A DNA stretch of 64,000 nt from NCBI GenBank assembly GCA_041576165.1, contig JBFGLM010000002.1, positions 96,001 to 160,000 of the forward strand, read 5' to 3'. The translations under genes were made by a program, and so were the position numbers. The notes under the pieces were generated by a model, which was given only the letters and a program-made list of their open reading frames with translations, was not told where the DNA came from and ran no database searches. Shown here in pieces: positions 49,201 to 58,634 of the stretch. The DNA is from Acidimicrobiia bacterium. Its GTDB lineage: Bacteria; Actinomycetota; Acidimicrobiia; Spongiisociales; Spongiisociaceae. The stretch's first letter is position 1, and each line of letters opens with the position of its first letter.

Positions 49201-49722
49201 ACCACGTGCAGTATCTCGTCACTGTGGGATCAGGCGGATGGTACCCAAGTGACGATCGGCGGCCTGGTGTCGGGTATCAGCCGGCGGTTCACCCGCAACG
49301 GCGACCCGATGGTCTTCTTCAACCTCGAGGACCTGGACGGCAACGTAGAAGTGGTGGCGTTTCCCCGGACCGTGGCCGCCTCCGGCCCGCTCATTCAGGA
49401 AGACGCCATCCTGCTCGTGAGCGGTCGTCTCGACCACCGGGGCGACGACGTCAAGATGCGGGCGTCGGAGATCAAGGAGCCCGACCTGCACGTCGACCGG
49501 GAACTCCGCCTGGAGGTACCCGCAACGCAGCTTTCAGTCGACACGGTGGCCCGTCTGAAAGAAATCCTGGTGAACCATCCCGGTGAGGCGCCCGTCTATC
49601 TGCACATGCACAGTGAGGCGGGTCACAAGGTGCTCCAGCTCGGCGAGGAACATCGGGTCGAGCTGCGCAGTTCGCTCTATGCCGAGCTGCGCGAGTTGCT
49701 CGGTCCTCGCGCGCTGGTCTGA
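46219..49722 (+). CDS. dnaE: DNA polymerase III alpha subunit
   Basis: PHP HLHLHTEFS.LDG, GPGRGSAAGS, MPDIDMDF, GLLKMDFLGL, YGFNKSH and an OB fold. TTG 46219 follows GAGGA. Confidence 0.97.
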   Translation: MSDSFAHLHLHTEFSMLDGAARVQDVVKTAAGMGQPGIAITDHGVMYGVIDFVKAAQAHEINPIVGIEAYVTPGSRFDRPSRAENIRHHMILLAENDTGYHNLLQMTSRAYTEGYYYKPRLDFELMATHAEGVIATSGCLGGPVPQMLAPDASREEGNVNQERDFDGALKVAGQLQDIFGKDNFLIELQDHGIEAQRRIMSDLVDIGRSIGAPLLATNDAHYTRQDEAEAHDVLLCIQTGATIDEPDRLTFEGDQFYLKSADQMRALFPADQFPGACDNTLWIAERASTKLEFGNILLPHFPVPEGHDPESYLEELVLDGARARYGGGLSTEVQERIAHELQIISDMGFPAYFLIVWDLIRYAREHHIRTGPGRGSAAGSIVAYSLGITDLDPIKYGLIFERFLNPGRREMPDIDMDFDERYRADVIRYASEKYGSDHVAQIITFSTIKGKQAIRDSARVLGLPYHVGDRVAKMMPAAILGKEATLSQCLDEPDTDAESSVWDWYANASDLREAYAADPDVKRVVDTAKGLEGLRRQDSIHAAAVVISPQPLIDLVPIQQKGEEAEVVTQYEMHGIEDLGLLKMDFLGLRNLSTIERALELIEAGRGRRIDIDQVPLDDADTFDLLCRGDTIGVFQLEGSAMRALIRSLQPDSFEDVIALVALYRPGPMSNNWHNAYADRKNGRQAVDYPHPATEEVLKDTYGLMIYQEQVMEIARQLAGYSMADADSLRKAMGKKIPAIMRKERDKFVAGAVAQGHDEKFGAELFDSIEGFAGYGFNKSHSACYGLVAYQTAYLKAHYPAEYMAALLTSVKRDKDKTAVYLNECRTMSVDVLTPCVNRSQSDFTVDGGKILFGLSAIRNVGEGVVEKILAARGAGGAFADFSDFVDRVDMGALNKRTVESLIKAGAFDSVGHSRKGLFLRYDEILTAAINRRRNEEIGQFSLFGGDDGVEVEAVEISLDEWQKKTLLAFEKEMLGLYISDHPLLGVEPTMRRATTCSISSLWDQADGTQVTIGGLVSGISRRFTRNGDPMVFFNLEDLDGNVEVVAFPRTVAASGPLIQEDAILLVSGRLDHRGDDVKMRASEIKEPDLHVDRELRLEVPATQLSVDTVARLKEILVNHPGEAPVYLHMHSEAGHKVLQLGEEHRVELRSSLYAELRELLGPRALV

Positions 49723-49732
49723 ACTCGACCAG

Positions 49733-50785
49733 TCATCCCCGCAGCAGTGCCTCCAGATCGAGCCCTGATGAATCCGTGATCAAATGCGCCAGCGCGGCGA
49801 GATCGGTCGGGGCTGACCGCTGCCACGGAATCGTGGCAATCGGCGCCCGGTAGCGGTCGCTGAATGACTGGCGTGCCTCCGCCTGTCGATGAGCTTCGGC
49901 CGCCCATCGAAACAGGTTGCGCTCCAGAGCTCGGTCCGGAGCGCTCCCATCGGCCTCCAGCTCGGCGGCAGCCTCCTGCCACGCCTCGGGCAGGGCCCGG
50001 TTGAACACGACCGCCGAAGGGGCGGTGGCCGCCTGGGGAAGCTCCCGGAAGAACCGGCCGGCTTCGCGCAGCGGCGCCGGATCAGCGGTGGTGATCACGA
50101 CGATGGTCGATTGGTGGAAATGCCGTTCGATCTCCTTCGCCCGCCGTGACAGGCCGTCGTAAGTGGTCCGCAGGTCGAACAAGAATTCGGCGACACGCTC
50201 CAGTAGGTCGGTGCCGAGCACACTGCCGGCTACTCGCAACGCCGGTTTGCCGGCGATCGCAAAGAAGCTGCGGCGCCCGGGGAGCCGGGCGCCGGTGAGC
50301 CATTTCAACAACCTTCCCCCGACCAGCTCGCGCATGTCGCCGGGCGCAGTGAAGAAGTCGATCCCGCCGGCCGATGGTGGAGTGTCCACCACCACCAGAT
50401 CCCACACCCGCGAGTCGAGAAAGTTGGCCATCTCCTCAGCCGCGGCATATGCCTGAGAGGCGGGAAAGCGCCCCGAGACCGCCTCCCAGAACTCGTTGTC
50501 GTCGAGGCGCTCTGCCACGTCGGGTGGAGCGTGACGATGGATGATCGAGTTCCACGACGCTTCCGCATCCAGCATCGCCGCCCACAATCCGGCGAGCTCG
50601 GGGTTGGGGGTGGGCTCCGAGCCCAGAGAGTCGACCCCGAGCGCGTCGGCCAACCGGCGGGCAGGGTCGACCGTCACGACCAGGGTGCGCATTCCCATCT
50701 CCGCGGCCCTGATGGCCAATCCGGCGGAGATGGTCGTCTTGCCGACGCCTCCGCCACCGGTGACGAGAATTGCGCGGGTGCTCAT
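49733..50785 (-). CDS. ArsA/Get3-like ATPase (Rv3680-like)
   Basis: GGGGVGKTT, TVDPARRLA and VVDTPP. Confidence 0.9.
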   Translation of the reverse strand: MSTRAILVTGGGGVGKTTISAGLAIRAAEMGMRTLVVTVDPARRLADALGVDSLGSEPTPNPELAGLWAAMLDAEASWNSIIHRHAPPDVAERLDDNEFWEAVSGRFPASQAYAAAEEMANFLDSRVWDLVVVDTPPSAGGIDFFTAPGDMRELVGGRLLKWLTGARLPGRRSFFAIAGKPALRVAGSVLGTDLLERVAEFLFDLRTTYDGLSRRAKEIERHFHQSTIVVITTADPAPLREAGRFFRELPQAATAPSAVVFNRALPEAWQEAAAELEADGSAPDRALERNLFRWAAEAHRQAEARQSFSDRYRAPIATIPWQRSAPTDLAALAHLITDSSGLDLEALLRG

Positions 50786-51636
50786 ATGGCTTCCGCCAAT
50801 TCCTCGGCCAGCCGGGCCGCCACCTCAGAAGACGTCAAGACGCCGAACAGGTAGGGGAGATGTGCGTTGGGCTCCAGCTCCGCCAACCAACGCTGCTGCT
50901 CGGCGTACAACGCGTGGTGCAGCCTGGCGGCCTGGCGGATCGGCCCGGGCTCCAGGCCCTTGACCCGGGCCGCGGCGATGCCGAGTCGCGGCAGCACCCG
51001 GTTGGCGATGACGACCTGGCGGCCGGCGGTCCCTTCCTCCCGCAAGGCGGCGGCCGCCTCCAGAGTCTCGTTGACGGGCAGCTCCTCCGGGAGCGACACC
51101 AGTACAACCGTGGTCGTATCCGCAACCAGAATGGACTCCATCCACGTTGATTGCTCTCTGACCCGCCCGGTTGGAACCAGCTCAGACACCACTCGGGGCG
51201 CCCGCAGATACGACCCGAGCTGACCGGTCGCGGGCGCGTCGACGACAACTAGATCCCAGACGTTGCGGCCCACCTCATATACCACTTTGCCGATTGTGAT
51301 GATCTCCCGGATTCCCGGCGCGGTCGAGGCGAGGACGTCGAAGGCTCGGGCCACCAGCGTGAAGCCGGGGGTCGGAACCTTCAGCTGCAGCTGCAGGTAC
51401 TCGGTCAGTGCCGACGGCAGGTCGATCGCAGTGGCATGCAGCCCCGGCGCCACCTCCTCGGCCCGATACCCGATTTCGCTCCGGCCGAGGTGGGTGGCCA
51501 GGCCCCGATTGTCGTTAGTGGCGATGGCGAGAACCCGCAGCCCGTGGGCTGCCGCCCCGTGTGCAATGGCGGCGGCGACCGCCGACTTGCCCACACCACC
51601 TTTGCCGCTGACGATGACCAGCCCGTGATCGAACAT
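50782..51636 (-). CDS. ArsA/Get3-like ATPase (Rv3679-like)
   Basis: SGKGGVGKS, APG..E..IGK, VVDAPATG and PEELPV.ET; ATGA overlap with its partner. Confidence 0.9.
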   Translation of the reverse strand: MFDHGLVIVSGKGGVGKSAVAAAIAHGAAAHGLRVLAIATNDNRGLATHLGRSEIGYRAEEVAPGLHATAIDLPSALTEYLQLQLKVPTPGFTLVARAFDVLASTAPGIREIITIGKVVYEVGRNVWDLVVVDAPATGQLGSYLRAPRVVSELVPTGRVREQSTWMESILVADTTTVVLVSLPEELPVNETLEAAAALREEGTAGRQVVIANRVLPRLGIAAARVKGLEPGPIRQAARLHHALYAEQQRWLAELEPNAHLPYLFGVLTSSEVAARLAEELAEAI

Positions 51637-51715
51637 CGGCGTCGAGGCTACCGGCTGCTGGGGATATGCCGGCTGCCCGCCGGTACGCTACGTCCAATCG
51701 AACCGGAGGCAAACA

Positions 51716-51931
51716 ATGGCGGAGTTCGACGTTGATGCGATGCTGGCCCGGTTTAAGGAGCGGGCCGAGGCGGTCAGGGACCGCCCGTTCCCGCCGGTCG
51801 AGGGCGAGGTCCGCAAGAGGTTCATCGAGCAGGCGGAGACCGATTACCTGGATTTCTCATTGGTCGGCAACGCCGCCTGGACGGTCGAAGGCGACGATCT
51901 CGTGCTGCGGATTCCGCTGGCAGGCCGCTGA
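51716..51931 (+). CDS. Small hypothetical protein
   Basis: Strong GGAGG RBS; 71-aa compact protein-like sequence. Confidence 0.8.
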   Translation: MAEFDVDAMLARFKERAEAVRDRPFPPVEGEVRKRFIEQAETDYLDFSLVGNAAWTVEGDDLVLRIPLAGR

Positions 51932-51968
51932 AGCCCGACCCTTCAGATCGCGGCGTAGGCTGGAACGC

Positions 51969-52403
51969 ATGGTGATCCGCCGGGCCGCCCCCGGGCATCT
52001 ACCGCTCCTGCTCTCGCTGGTCGAGGCGTTCTACGCAGTGGACGGTCACGAGTTCGATGCCGACGTTGCCGCCGGCGCTCTCAGACCTCTCCTGCAAGAT
52101 GATCGGTTCGGGGTCGTCTATCTGATCGAGGACGGCGGCGATGTGACCGGTTACGCCGTCGTGACGTGGGGCTGGTCGTTGGAGAGCGGTGGGCGGGATG
52201 CGCTTCTAGATGAGATCTACGTCGGTGATCGGGGCCGGGGAGTGGGCTCGGCCGCGATGGCCGCCATTCTCGATGATCTGAGATCGCGGCGCCTGCCACG
52301 GCTGTTGCTCGAAACGGAACGACCCAACGAGCGGACTCGGGCGTTCTACGCCCGTTGCGGCTTCGAGGTCGACGACTCGGTCTGGATGTCGCTTTCCCTC
52401 TAG
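51969..52403 (+). CDS. GNAT-family acetyltransferase
   Basis: LDEIYV..RGRGVGS and N...AFY...GF; TAGGCT-N7-ATG upstream. Confidence 0.9.
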   Translation: MVIRRAAPGHLPLLLSLVEAFYAVDGHEFDADVAAGALRPLLQDDRFGVVYLIEDGGDVTGYAVVTWGWSLESGGRDALLDEIYVGDRGRGVGSAAMAAILDDLRSRRLPRLLLETERPNERTRAFYARCGFEVDDSVWMSLSL

Positions 52404-52582
52404 GGAATCCCGGCGGGCAGCCCGGCCGCCGCGGGTCTCGAGCACCTGATCCCCCGGCATGACCGTGGGCCCGCAAGCTCGGAGCGCGAACGGCCGCCAG
52501 CTGCGAACAGGGCGAGGTGCTGGGCTGCGCGGTCAGATGCCGTGTCGACGTCGTACCGACGGCCGGCTTCGATGTCGTGAGG

Positions 52583-53911
52583 CTATCCGCAAGCCTGCCT
52601 GATCAGTTGTCGGTAGAAGGCAAGCGCTGGGCCGGCATCGGAAATCCTGACCCTTTCATCCGGACCGTGGATCCCCTGTGCTTCCGCCTCATTGAGACGG
52701 AACGGCTGGAACCGGAGAACCTGGTCGGCCACGTTGCCGTAGAAGCGAGCATCGGTGGCGCCCATGACCACGAACGGAGCAGCTGTTGTATCGGCGAACA
52801 CGCCTTTGACCGTTCGCGCCACCAGCTTGAAGGCCTCACTATCGGGATCGGCCAGCGACGGCGGGTCGTGCGCTCGAAGCACCCGAATGGAGATATCCGA
52901 CCCGGCGTGGCGCCGTACGTGCGCCAACACGTCATCGGTGGTGTCGCCCGGCAGCGTGCGGACGTTCAGAACGGCCCGGGCCCGGGTGGGCAGTACGTTG
53001 GCTTTCGTGCCTCCGTCGATGATCGTCGGGGTGATGGTCGTTCGAATCAGCGCGTTGGTCGTCGGCCGGCGAGACAACAATCCGGTCGCGAACGGACCCG
53101 TCTTTCCCAAATTGCGCGCGAGGGGCCGGAGCGCGGGCCGCATGGCAGTCGCTGCCTGTTCAAAGAGGCCGGCCGCGACATCGAGCCTGGGCGCCATCGG
53201 GTGTGACTCGATCCGGGCGATAGCCGCGGCCAGCTTCCCGACGGCGTTGCGGCGCGGCGGGCTTGAGGAATGCCCGGGCTCGCCGCCAGCAGTCAGCTCC
53301 ACGTCGGCGTAGCCCTTCTCGCCGACGGCAATCAGCGCCACCGGGTGCATCGTCCCGGGCAGCAGATCCTCGGTGACGGCTCCGCCCTCATCGAGTGCGA
53401 AGGTGAATCGTTGGTTGCGGGCGGCCAGCAGATCCGCCATGGCTGCGGCCCCGGCACCCGATCGTTCCTCGTCGTCTCCGAGGGCGAGGGTGACTCGGGC
53501 GGCCGGTTGAAACCCTTCTTCCAGGAGCTCTTCGACCACTTCGAGGATCGCAATCAGCGGGCCCTTGTCGTCCACGGTGCCCCGTCCGTAGAGGTAGGTA
53601 CCATCCGAAGCACCGGCGAACGGCGGCCGGCTCCACTCTGATTCCGATGCGGGCTCCACCGGCACGACGTCCTGGTGTGCCAGCAACAGCAGCCCGGGAC
53701 GCTGCGGGTCGCGGCCCTCCCACGAGATCAGTAGCGAACTGTCACCCACAACCTCCACCTCGAGGCGTTCCCATGTGCGCCGGTACGTCTGTTCGAAGAA
53801 GCGGTGGAGCCGCGCCAGTTCCTCTGGGTCGGCCGGAGCGTCGTCGTATGACACCGTCTTGAACCGGACGGCCTGCGCGAGATGTTCGATGAACCGGTGA
53901 GCGGCGGGCAT
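52583..53911 (-). CDS. M20-family metallopeptidase/amidohydrolase
   Basis: AHQDVVP, GRG.VDDKG, DEE, DEGG, GHSS, GATD and IHG.DER. Confidence 0.93.
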   Translation of the reverse strand: MPAAHRFIEHLAQAVRFKTVSYDDAPADPEELARLHRFFEQTYRRTWERLEVEVVGDSSLLISWEGRDPQRPGLLLLAHQDVVPVEPASESEWSRPPFAGASDGTYLYGRGTVDDKGPLIAILEVVEELLEEGFQPAARVTLALGDDEERSGAGAAAMADLLAARNQRFTFALDEGGAVTEDLLPGTMHPVALIAVGEKGYADVELTAGGEPGHSSSPPRRNAVGKLAAAIARIESHPMAPRLDVAAGLFEQAATAMRPALRPLARNLGKTGPFATGLLSRRPTTNALIRTTITPTIIDGGTKANVLPTRARAVLNVRTLPGDTTDDVLAHVRRHAGSDISIRVLRAHDPPSLADPDSEAFKLVARTVKGVFADTTAAPFVVMGATDARFYGNVADQVLRFQPFRLNEAEAQGIHGPDERVRISDAGPALAFYRQLIRQACG

Positions 53912-54031
53912 CGGTGGCGATGGTATCCAGGTCGGTCCGGGCGCGCCGTCCGAGCGCTCCCTTTCGAGCATGGAGCCGGTTACGCGACCCAGTCCGGTGC
54001 GTCGCGCCGGACGCCCCGGCGCGGCGCTGCT

Positions 54032-54622
54032 TCAATCCGGCCGGATCTCGTCAGGAGCTAGGTCGGCGCGGCGCCAGCCGGCCGCGGGAGCGATCTGGGC
54101 CAGGCGGCCGAGCCATGTCTGGTACCGGTTGCCGAAGGGCTCCTGACCGAGTTCTGTGGCAACCACTACCTCTGCTGCCGTGGTGCGGGCCCGGTCGACC
54201 AGCCACCGGGGATATTCCAACTCTCGTTGATGTTCGACAAACTCGTCTTCGTCCAGCACGTGCACTGCGCCGGCTGCGTCGCGCACGATGTCGAGGTCGA
54301 CGTCAATCATCTCGACTCGGTCTGGCTCGGTCCAGCGCGTGCCGGCGATGATGTCGATGTAGAGCAGGTAGCGCGACTCAGCCGGGTTTCCGATCAGAGT
54401 GAACCAGCCGGAATCCGGTATCAGCTGCACGTAGGGAGCCGGCCATTGGATGGCCGGCTCCGTGCCTCGCTGAACGATGGAGCCGGCTGGCGCACCCAGC
54501 CACGTGCCGTGTTCATCCCGCCCCAACCAGATGGCCTCGTGCCGCCAATGCAGCGCGTTGCCGTATTTCAGATACTGAACCGTGACCGGTCGACCAAACG
54601 CTGATTGTTCACCCCGTCTCAT
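54032..54622 (-). CDS. DUF402 domain protein
   Basis: YIDI, ID.DLDIV and LDEDEF motifs; ATGA overlap with the thyX stop. Confidence 0.85.
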   Translation of the reverse strand: MRRGEQSAFGRPVTVQYLKYGNALHWRHEAIWLGRDEHGTWLGAPAGSIVQRGTEPAIQWPAPYVQLIPDSGWFTLIGNPAESRYLLYIDIIAGTRWTEPDRVEMIDVDLDIVRDAAGAVHVLDEDEFVEHQRELEYPRWLVDRARTTAAEVVVATELGQEPFGNRYQTWLGRLAQIAPAAGWRRADLAPDEIRPD

Positions 54623-56265
54623 CGAGCGGGGGCGCGTCCCGCCGCCATTCGCTTCTGCTCGGCCCGCCGTTCGGCTTCCAGGCGTTCGAGGTCGGGATTC
54701 GAATAGTCCACGAACGACATCGCCTCGGCCACGGCCCGGTGGCCCGCCACGTCCCGGATCAGCCGGTGCATCTCCTGGCACACCGCCCGGTATCCGGGAT
54801 GTCCCGCGGGCTGGGTACGGAGTTCGATCAGGTGAAACGCCTCCCGGGCATTCATCTCCATCATGTACCGGATCTTGAAGGCGAACGGCACTACGTACTG
54901 GGCAACGTCCGGCCCGCAGGCGGTGCGGACACGCTCGTAGAGCTGCGCGGCCCGTTCCATCGCCTCGTCCCAGACGCCGGCCGTGTCCGTCTCGTGAATC
55001 TCGTCCGGGGTGATGTAGCCATGACGAGTCGTCAGTCGCTGCCACTCGATCGTCAACATCCGGTGGCGCTGAAGGTCGCGGAAGTTGCCATAGTCGGACA
55101 GAACGTCGAAGCGGTAGGTGGTGTGCTCAAAGCCCCGGCCCGGCTTGTGCCGGCGATTGCGCCGGTCGCCAATGTAAGCGGCGATGACCGCCGCCCGGTC
55201 GGCCGGAGACATCTGGCGGGCAATCGTGTGCAGTTGATCGTCCGGGAGCTCGGTTTGCGCGTACAGTGCAGCCGCCGCCAGTTTCACCTCACCGTCCGGA
55301 TCGAAGTCGACCAGCGTCACCTCCGGTCGCGGCTCAGGCTCGGCCTCCAGCCGCTCGGCCAGGTCCTGGACGCGTCCGGCGGTATCGGTCAGGTAGGCGC
55401 TCCACGCGCCGCCTCTGTCGGGAAGGTCGACCCGGCGTAAGAAGGACGGGATGACCTTGCGTAGCTCGGTGAGCATCATCTGCGCGTACTCGCGCACCTC
55501 CTGCAGAGGATGAGCGTTCATCCGAATGAGCGCCATCTCGTACGCTTGCCCGGTGCCGTATATGCCGACGTTGGAGGTCGTCGCCGCCGGAAGTAGGCCG
55601 CGGATCGTGTCACAGGCTTTGGCGCGGATGGTGGCGTTGTAGACCATTGATGAGTCACTTTCCTGACGCGGAAAGCGGCTCTCGAAGTGGCCCTTCATGC
55701 CGTCGATCAGACCGGCGTAGGTATCGAACAGCCACTCCATGAACTCGGTGGCCGGGCCCTCGAGATCTGTGCCCACCACCTCCGCGGGAAGGTGGTACCG
55801 GTAGCGGGTTCCCAGCTTGCGATCGTAGAAGATGTAGCGGGTCGACTGTTCCAAATAGGCGGCGAGCCGACCCCACTCGAGCACCTTGGTGAGGATGTTG
55901 GAAGCTTGCTCGCACGCCAGGTGCACTCCCCCGAGCTGTGCGACCGAGTCGTCGCCGTACTCGAAGAAAACTCGTTGGTACAGGTCCTCGGCCCGCTGCA
56001 GGCTGACGAGCGGGTCGCCACCGGTCTGCAGTGCCATGGCATTGATCCCGGCTTCGGGCTCGTTGATGAACTCGTCGAGGAACAATCGCCGGACCGACTT
56101 GGGCGAACGCGAGTAGCGGGCAAACAAAGCCCCCTTCACCACCTCCGGCATGTTGATCAGAGCGAAGACGGGTCCGTCGACGTTGGTGAAAAAGCGTGAC
56201 AGAATCGCTCGTTCGTCAGGAGTGAACTCCTCACGGAAGTAGCGGCTTTGATGGTCGTGCGTCAC
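54619..56265 (-). CDS. thyX: FAD-dependent thymidylate synthase, long tandem-domain form
   Basis: ARYSRS, YGD.SVA.L, LEQSTRY, RDLQRHR and N.RE..H.IELR; about 548 aa. Confidence 0.88.
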   Translation of the reverse strand: MTHDHQSRYFREEFTPDERAILSRFFTNVDGPVFALINMPEVVKGALFARYSRSPKSVRRLFLDEFINEPEAGINAMALQTGGDPLVSLQRAEDLYQRVFFEYGDDSVAQLGGVHLACEQASNILTKVLEWGRLAAYLEQSTRYIFYDRKLGTRYRYHLPAEVVGTDLEGPATEFMEWLFDTYAGLIDGMKGHFESRFPRQESDSSMVYNATIRAKACDTIRGLLPAATTSNVGIYGTGQAYEMALIRMNAHPLQEVREYAQMMLTELRKVIPSFLRRVDLPDRGGAWSAYLTDTAGRVQDLAERLEAEPEPRPEVTLVDFDPDGEVKLAAAALYAQTELPDDQLHTIARQMSPADRAAVIAAYIGDRRNRRHKPGRGFEHTTYRFDVLSDYGNFRDLQRHRMLTIEWQRLTTRHGYITPDEIHETDTAGVWDEAMERAAQLYERVRTACGPDVAQYVVPFAFKIRYMMEMNAREAFHLIELRTQPAGHPGYRAVCQEMHRLIRDVAGHRAVAEAMSFVDYSNPDLERLEAERRAEQKRMAAGRAPAR

Positions 56266-56430
56266 AGCGGCACAGCCCCCGTCGTTGGTCCAGCCAGCGG
56301 GACGATAGCGCCGCCGCAACCGGCCTCCGCGCCTTGTTGACCCTCCCGCAATGTTCCCGTCCGGCCGCCGGGTGATTCCGTTACCCGGGCCGCCGGTGCC
56401 GAAGATGAATGTCGACGCCGGAGGCGCAGT

Positions 56431-56748
56431 ATGCTCATTGCGATCATGACCGTGTTCTGGTTGCGCGTCATCGTGGCGGCGCTGCTGCTGGCGATTCTGT
56501 TTGTAGCGGCGATCCCGCTATTCCTCTTGCTGGACCTCACCGCCGGGGGTTCCGGCCGCGGTCTGTGCCCGACCGGGCTGAGTAACTGCAAGACCACCTA
56601 CACCGCAGGGCCGGAGCTGGCGGTGATTCTCATCGTGTCGATGTTCGCGCTGGTGGCGGCGGTTCGGATCACGATGCGGGCGATCCGCCGCCTCGAGTCA
56701 GGCAATCACCGGCTCACAATCTGGAATCTATTCTTTGAGCGGCGGTGA
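56431..56748 (+). CDS. Small membrane protein
   Basis: Two TM helices flanking a loop with GLCPTGLSNC. Confidence 0.7.
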   Translation: MLIAIMTVFWLRVIVAALLLAILFVAAIPLFLLLDLTAGGSGRGLCPTGLSNCKTTYTAGPELAVILIVSMFALVAAVRITMRAIRRLESGNHRLTIWNLFFERR

Positions 56749-56761
56749 CGGGCAGCGTCTG

Positions 56762-57226
56762 TCAGCTCGCAGCATGCCCGGCCAGGATCTCATCTACCGT
56801 CGTCGACACCAGGTAGAGGCCCCGGGCTGTCACCGCCGGTTGGCCCGCCAGCTCGACTTCGCCGCTGAGCCGCAGCCGGCGGCCGGTTCGCTCATCGACC
56901 CGTCCCCGTAGCCGATAGGTGCCGGCATTCCCCAGCGGTGTGCGGTAGCGCAAGTCCATGGTGCCGGTCACGGTCAAAACACCCTCGAGGAGGATCCCCG
57001 CCCACACCAAGATCTCGTCGAGGGCCGTGGCCGCGATGCCGCCGTGGAGCGACCCGACGATTCCCTGATACCCGGGTCGGGCGGCGAACGACGCGGTGAT
57101 CTCGTCGCCCTCCCGTTTGAACCCATCGACGTGGAGCCCGATCGGATTGTCCAGACCGCAGGCGAAGCACCCGTTGTTGGTGTGCGCGCGCAGGGCTTCG
57201 ACAACGTCCGTCATGTCGACGGTCAT
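56762..57226 (-). CDS. PaaI-family (hotdog) thioesterase
   Basis: CFACG.DNP.GL and HGGI.AT.LDE; ATGA overlap with xpt. Confidence 0.9.
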   Translation of the reverse strand: MTVDMTDVVEALRAHTNNGCFACGLDNPIGLHVDGFKREGDEITASFAARPGYQGIVGSLHGGIAATALDEILVWAGILLEGVLTVTGTMDLRYRTPLGNAGTYRLRGRVDERTGRRLRLSGEVELAGQPAVTARGLYLVSTTVDEILAGHAAS

Positions 57227-57780
57227 TGGTAGGCGACTTCCCCGCCGACCAGGCTCTTGATCGAGACCAGCGACCACACTGGCCAGCCCCGCTGTTCCAG
57301 CCCGGCTCGCCCGCCCGCGAACGCCTTCTCGATCACGAATACGAAGCCGGCCACTGTTCCCCCCGCTTCCTCGACGATCTCGCCGAGCGCCACTGCGGTG
57401 CGGCCCCTGTGCAGGAAGTCGTCCACGATCAGCACTCGGCCTCCGGAGAAGATGTGGTCACGCACCTCTATCCGGTACTCGAATCCTTTGGTGGCCGAGC
57501 TCACCTCCCGCCAGTAGCTGACTCTCTCTCCGGGCGTGACGTACTTCTTCGCATAGACCATCGGCAGCCCGGATTCGAGCGAGAATGCCATAGCAGGCGG
57601 GATCCCGCTGGCTTCTGCGGTCAAGATGACGCCGGCGTCGAGCGGCGCTGCGATCTTGGTGATCCGCCGGCCGACCTCGCCCATGACCGCTGGGTCAACC
57701 CGGTGATTGAGAAAGTGGTCGACCAGGACGATGTCGCCGACCACTGTGGCCTCGTCCCGGATCTTCTGGTGAAGGTCCAT
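57223..57780 (-). CDS. xpt: Xanthine phosphoribosyltransferase
   Basis: VD.FLNH.VD, T.EASGI, VLIVDDFL..G and IEK.F. Confidence 0.9.
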   Translation of the reverse strand: MDLHQKIRDEATVVGDIVLVDHFLNHRVDPAVMGEVGRRITKIAAPLDAGVILTAEASGIPPAMAFSLESGLPMVYAKKYVTPGERVSYWREVSSATKGFEYRIEVRDHIFSGGRVLIVDDFLHRGRTAVALGEIVEEAGGTVAGFVFVIEKAFAGGRAGLEQRGWPVWSLVSIKSLVGGEVAYQ

Positions 57781-57840
57781 CGGCGGCAGGATAGATCGGC
57801 GCGGCGGCGCGAATGGCACGGCGCCCCGTGTGGCGCGGGC

Positions 57841-58527
57841 TCAATCGGGTCGGGGAGTTTTGGGCTCGAAGGGGCAGATTCGGCGCAGGTCGCACTCCCA
57901 ACATCGAGGCTTGCGAGCGTCGCACACGTCGCGGCCGTATTGGATGATGCGCATGGACAGCTGGCTCCATTCATCCCTTGGGACGAGAGCCTTGAGATCC
58001 TGCTCGATCTTGACCGGATCGGACTCGGTTGTGAGACCGAGCCGGCTGGCAACTCGTTTGACGTGCGTGTCAACCGCAATCGCCGGTTGTCCAAACGCTT
58101 CGGCCAGCACCACCGAAGCCGTTTTGCGTCCCACGCCTCTCAGTGTCACGAGCTCGCCGATCGTCGCCGGCACGATCCCGTCGAACTTGTCCACCAGGTC
58201 CTGGGAGAGGGCGATGATCGACTTCGTTTTCTGCCGGTAGAACCCGGTCGAGAAGATCACCTCCTCGACCTCCTCTGGGTTGGCGTCGGCCAGATCGGCC
58301 GCAGTGGGCCAGCGCCGGAACAACTCGGGCGTGACCCGGTTGACGTTCTCATCGGTGGTCTGAGCAGAGATCACGGTGGAAACCAGCAACTCGAACGGAT
58401 TGCAGTACTCCAGTGCCGTGTGGATCTGGGGGTACCGCTTGGCCAACCGGTTGACGACCCGGCGAGCGTGACCGCGCTCGGCTGCGCTCGGGGTCCCCCC
58501 GTCCGCTCGCTGCTCTCCAACGCCCAT
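57841..58527 (-). CDS. nth: Endonuclease III
   Basis: SAQTTD..VN, HhH LRGVGRKTA, VDTHV.R and C-X6-C-X2-C-X5-C Fe-S motif. Confidence 0.96.
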   Translation of the reverse strand: MGVGEQRADGGTPSAAERGHARRVVNRLAKRYPQIHTALEYCNPFELLVSTVISAQTTDENVNRVTPELFRRWPTAADLADANPEEVEEVIFSTGFYRQKTKSIIALSQDLVDKFDGIVPATIGELVTLRGVGRKTASVVLAEAFGQPAIAVDTHVKRVASRLGLTTESDPVKIEQDLKALVPRDEWSQLSMRIIQYGRDVCDARKPRCWECDLRRICPFEPKTPRPD

Positions 58528-58634
58528 CGCCGAGCGAGGGTAATGCAATGTCGCTGCCCCCGGACGGGTCCTGCGTCGGTCTCCGGACCGGCGGGCAACC
58601 ACCACTGCAGCAGTGAGCAGGAGCCCCTAGGTTC

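Noticed and set aside
46219-49722. Intein in dnaE
   Set aside because: Length and motif order are normal, with no intein termini or LAGLIDADG segment.
49733-51636. ArsA pair as an arsenic pump linked to arsC
   Set aside because: About 29 kb away with no ArsB/ArsD; it resembles the conserved actinobacterial Get3-like ATPase pair.
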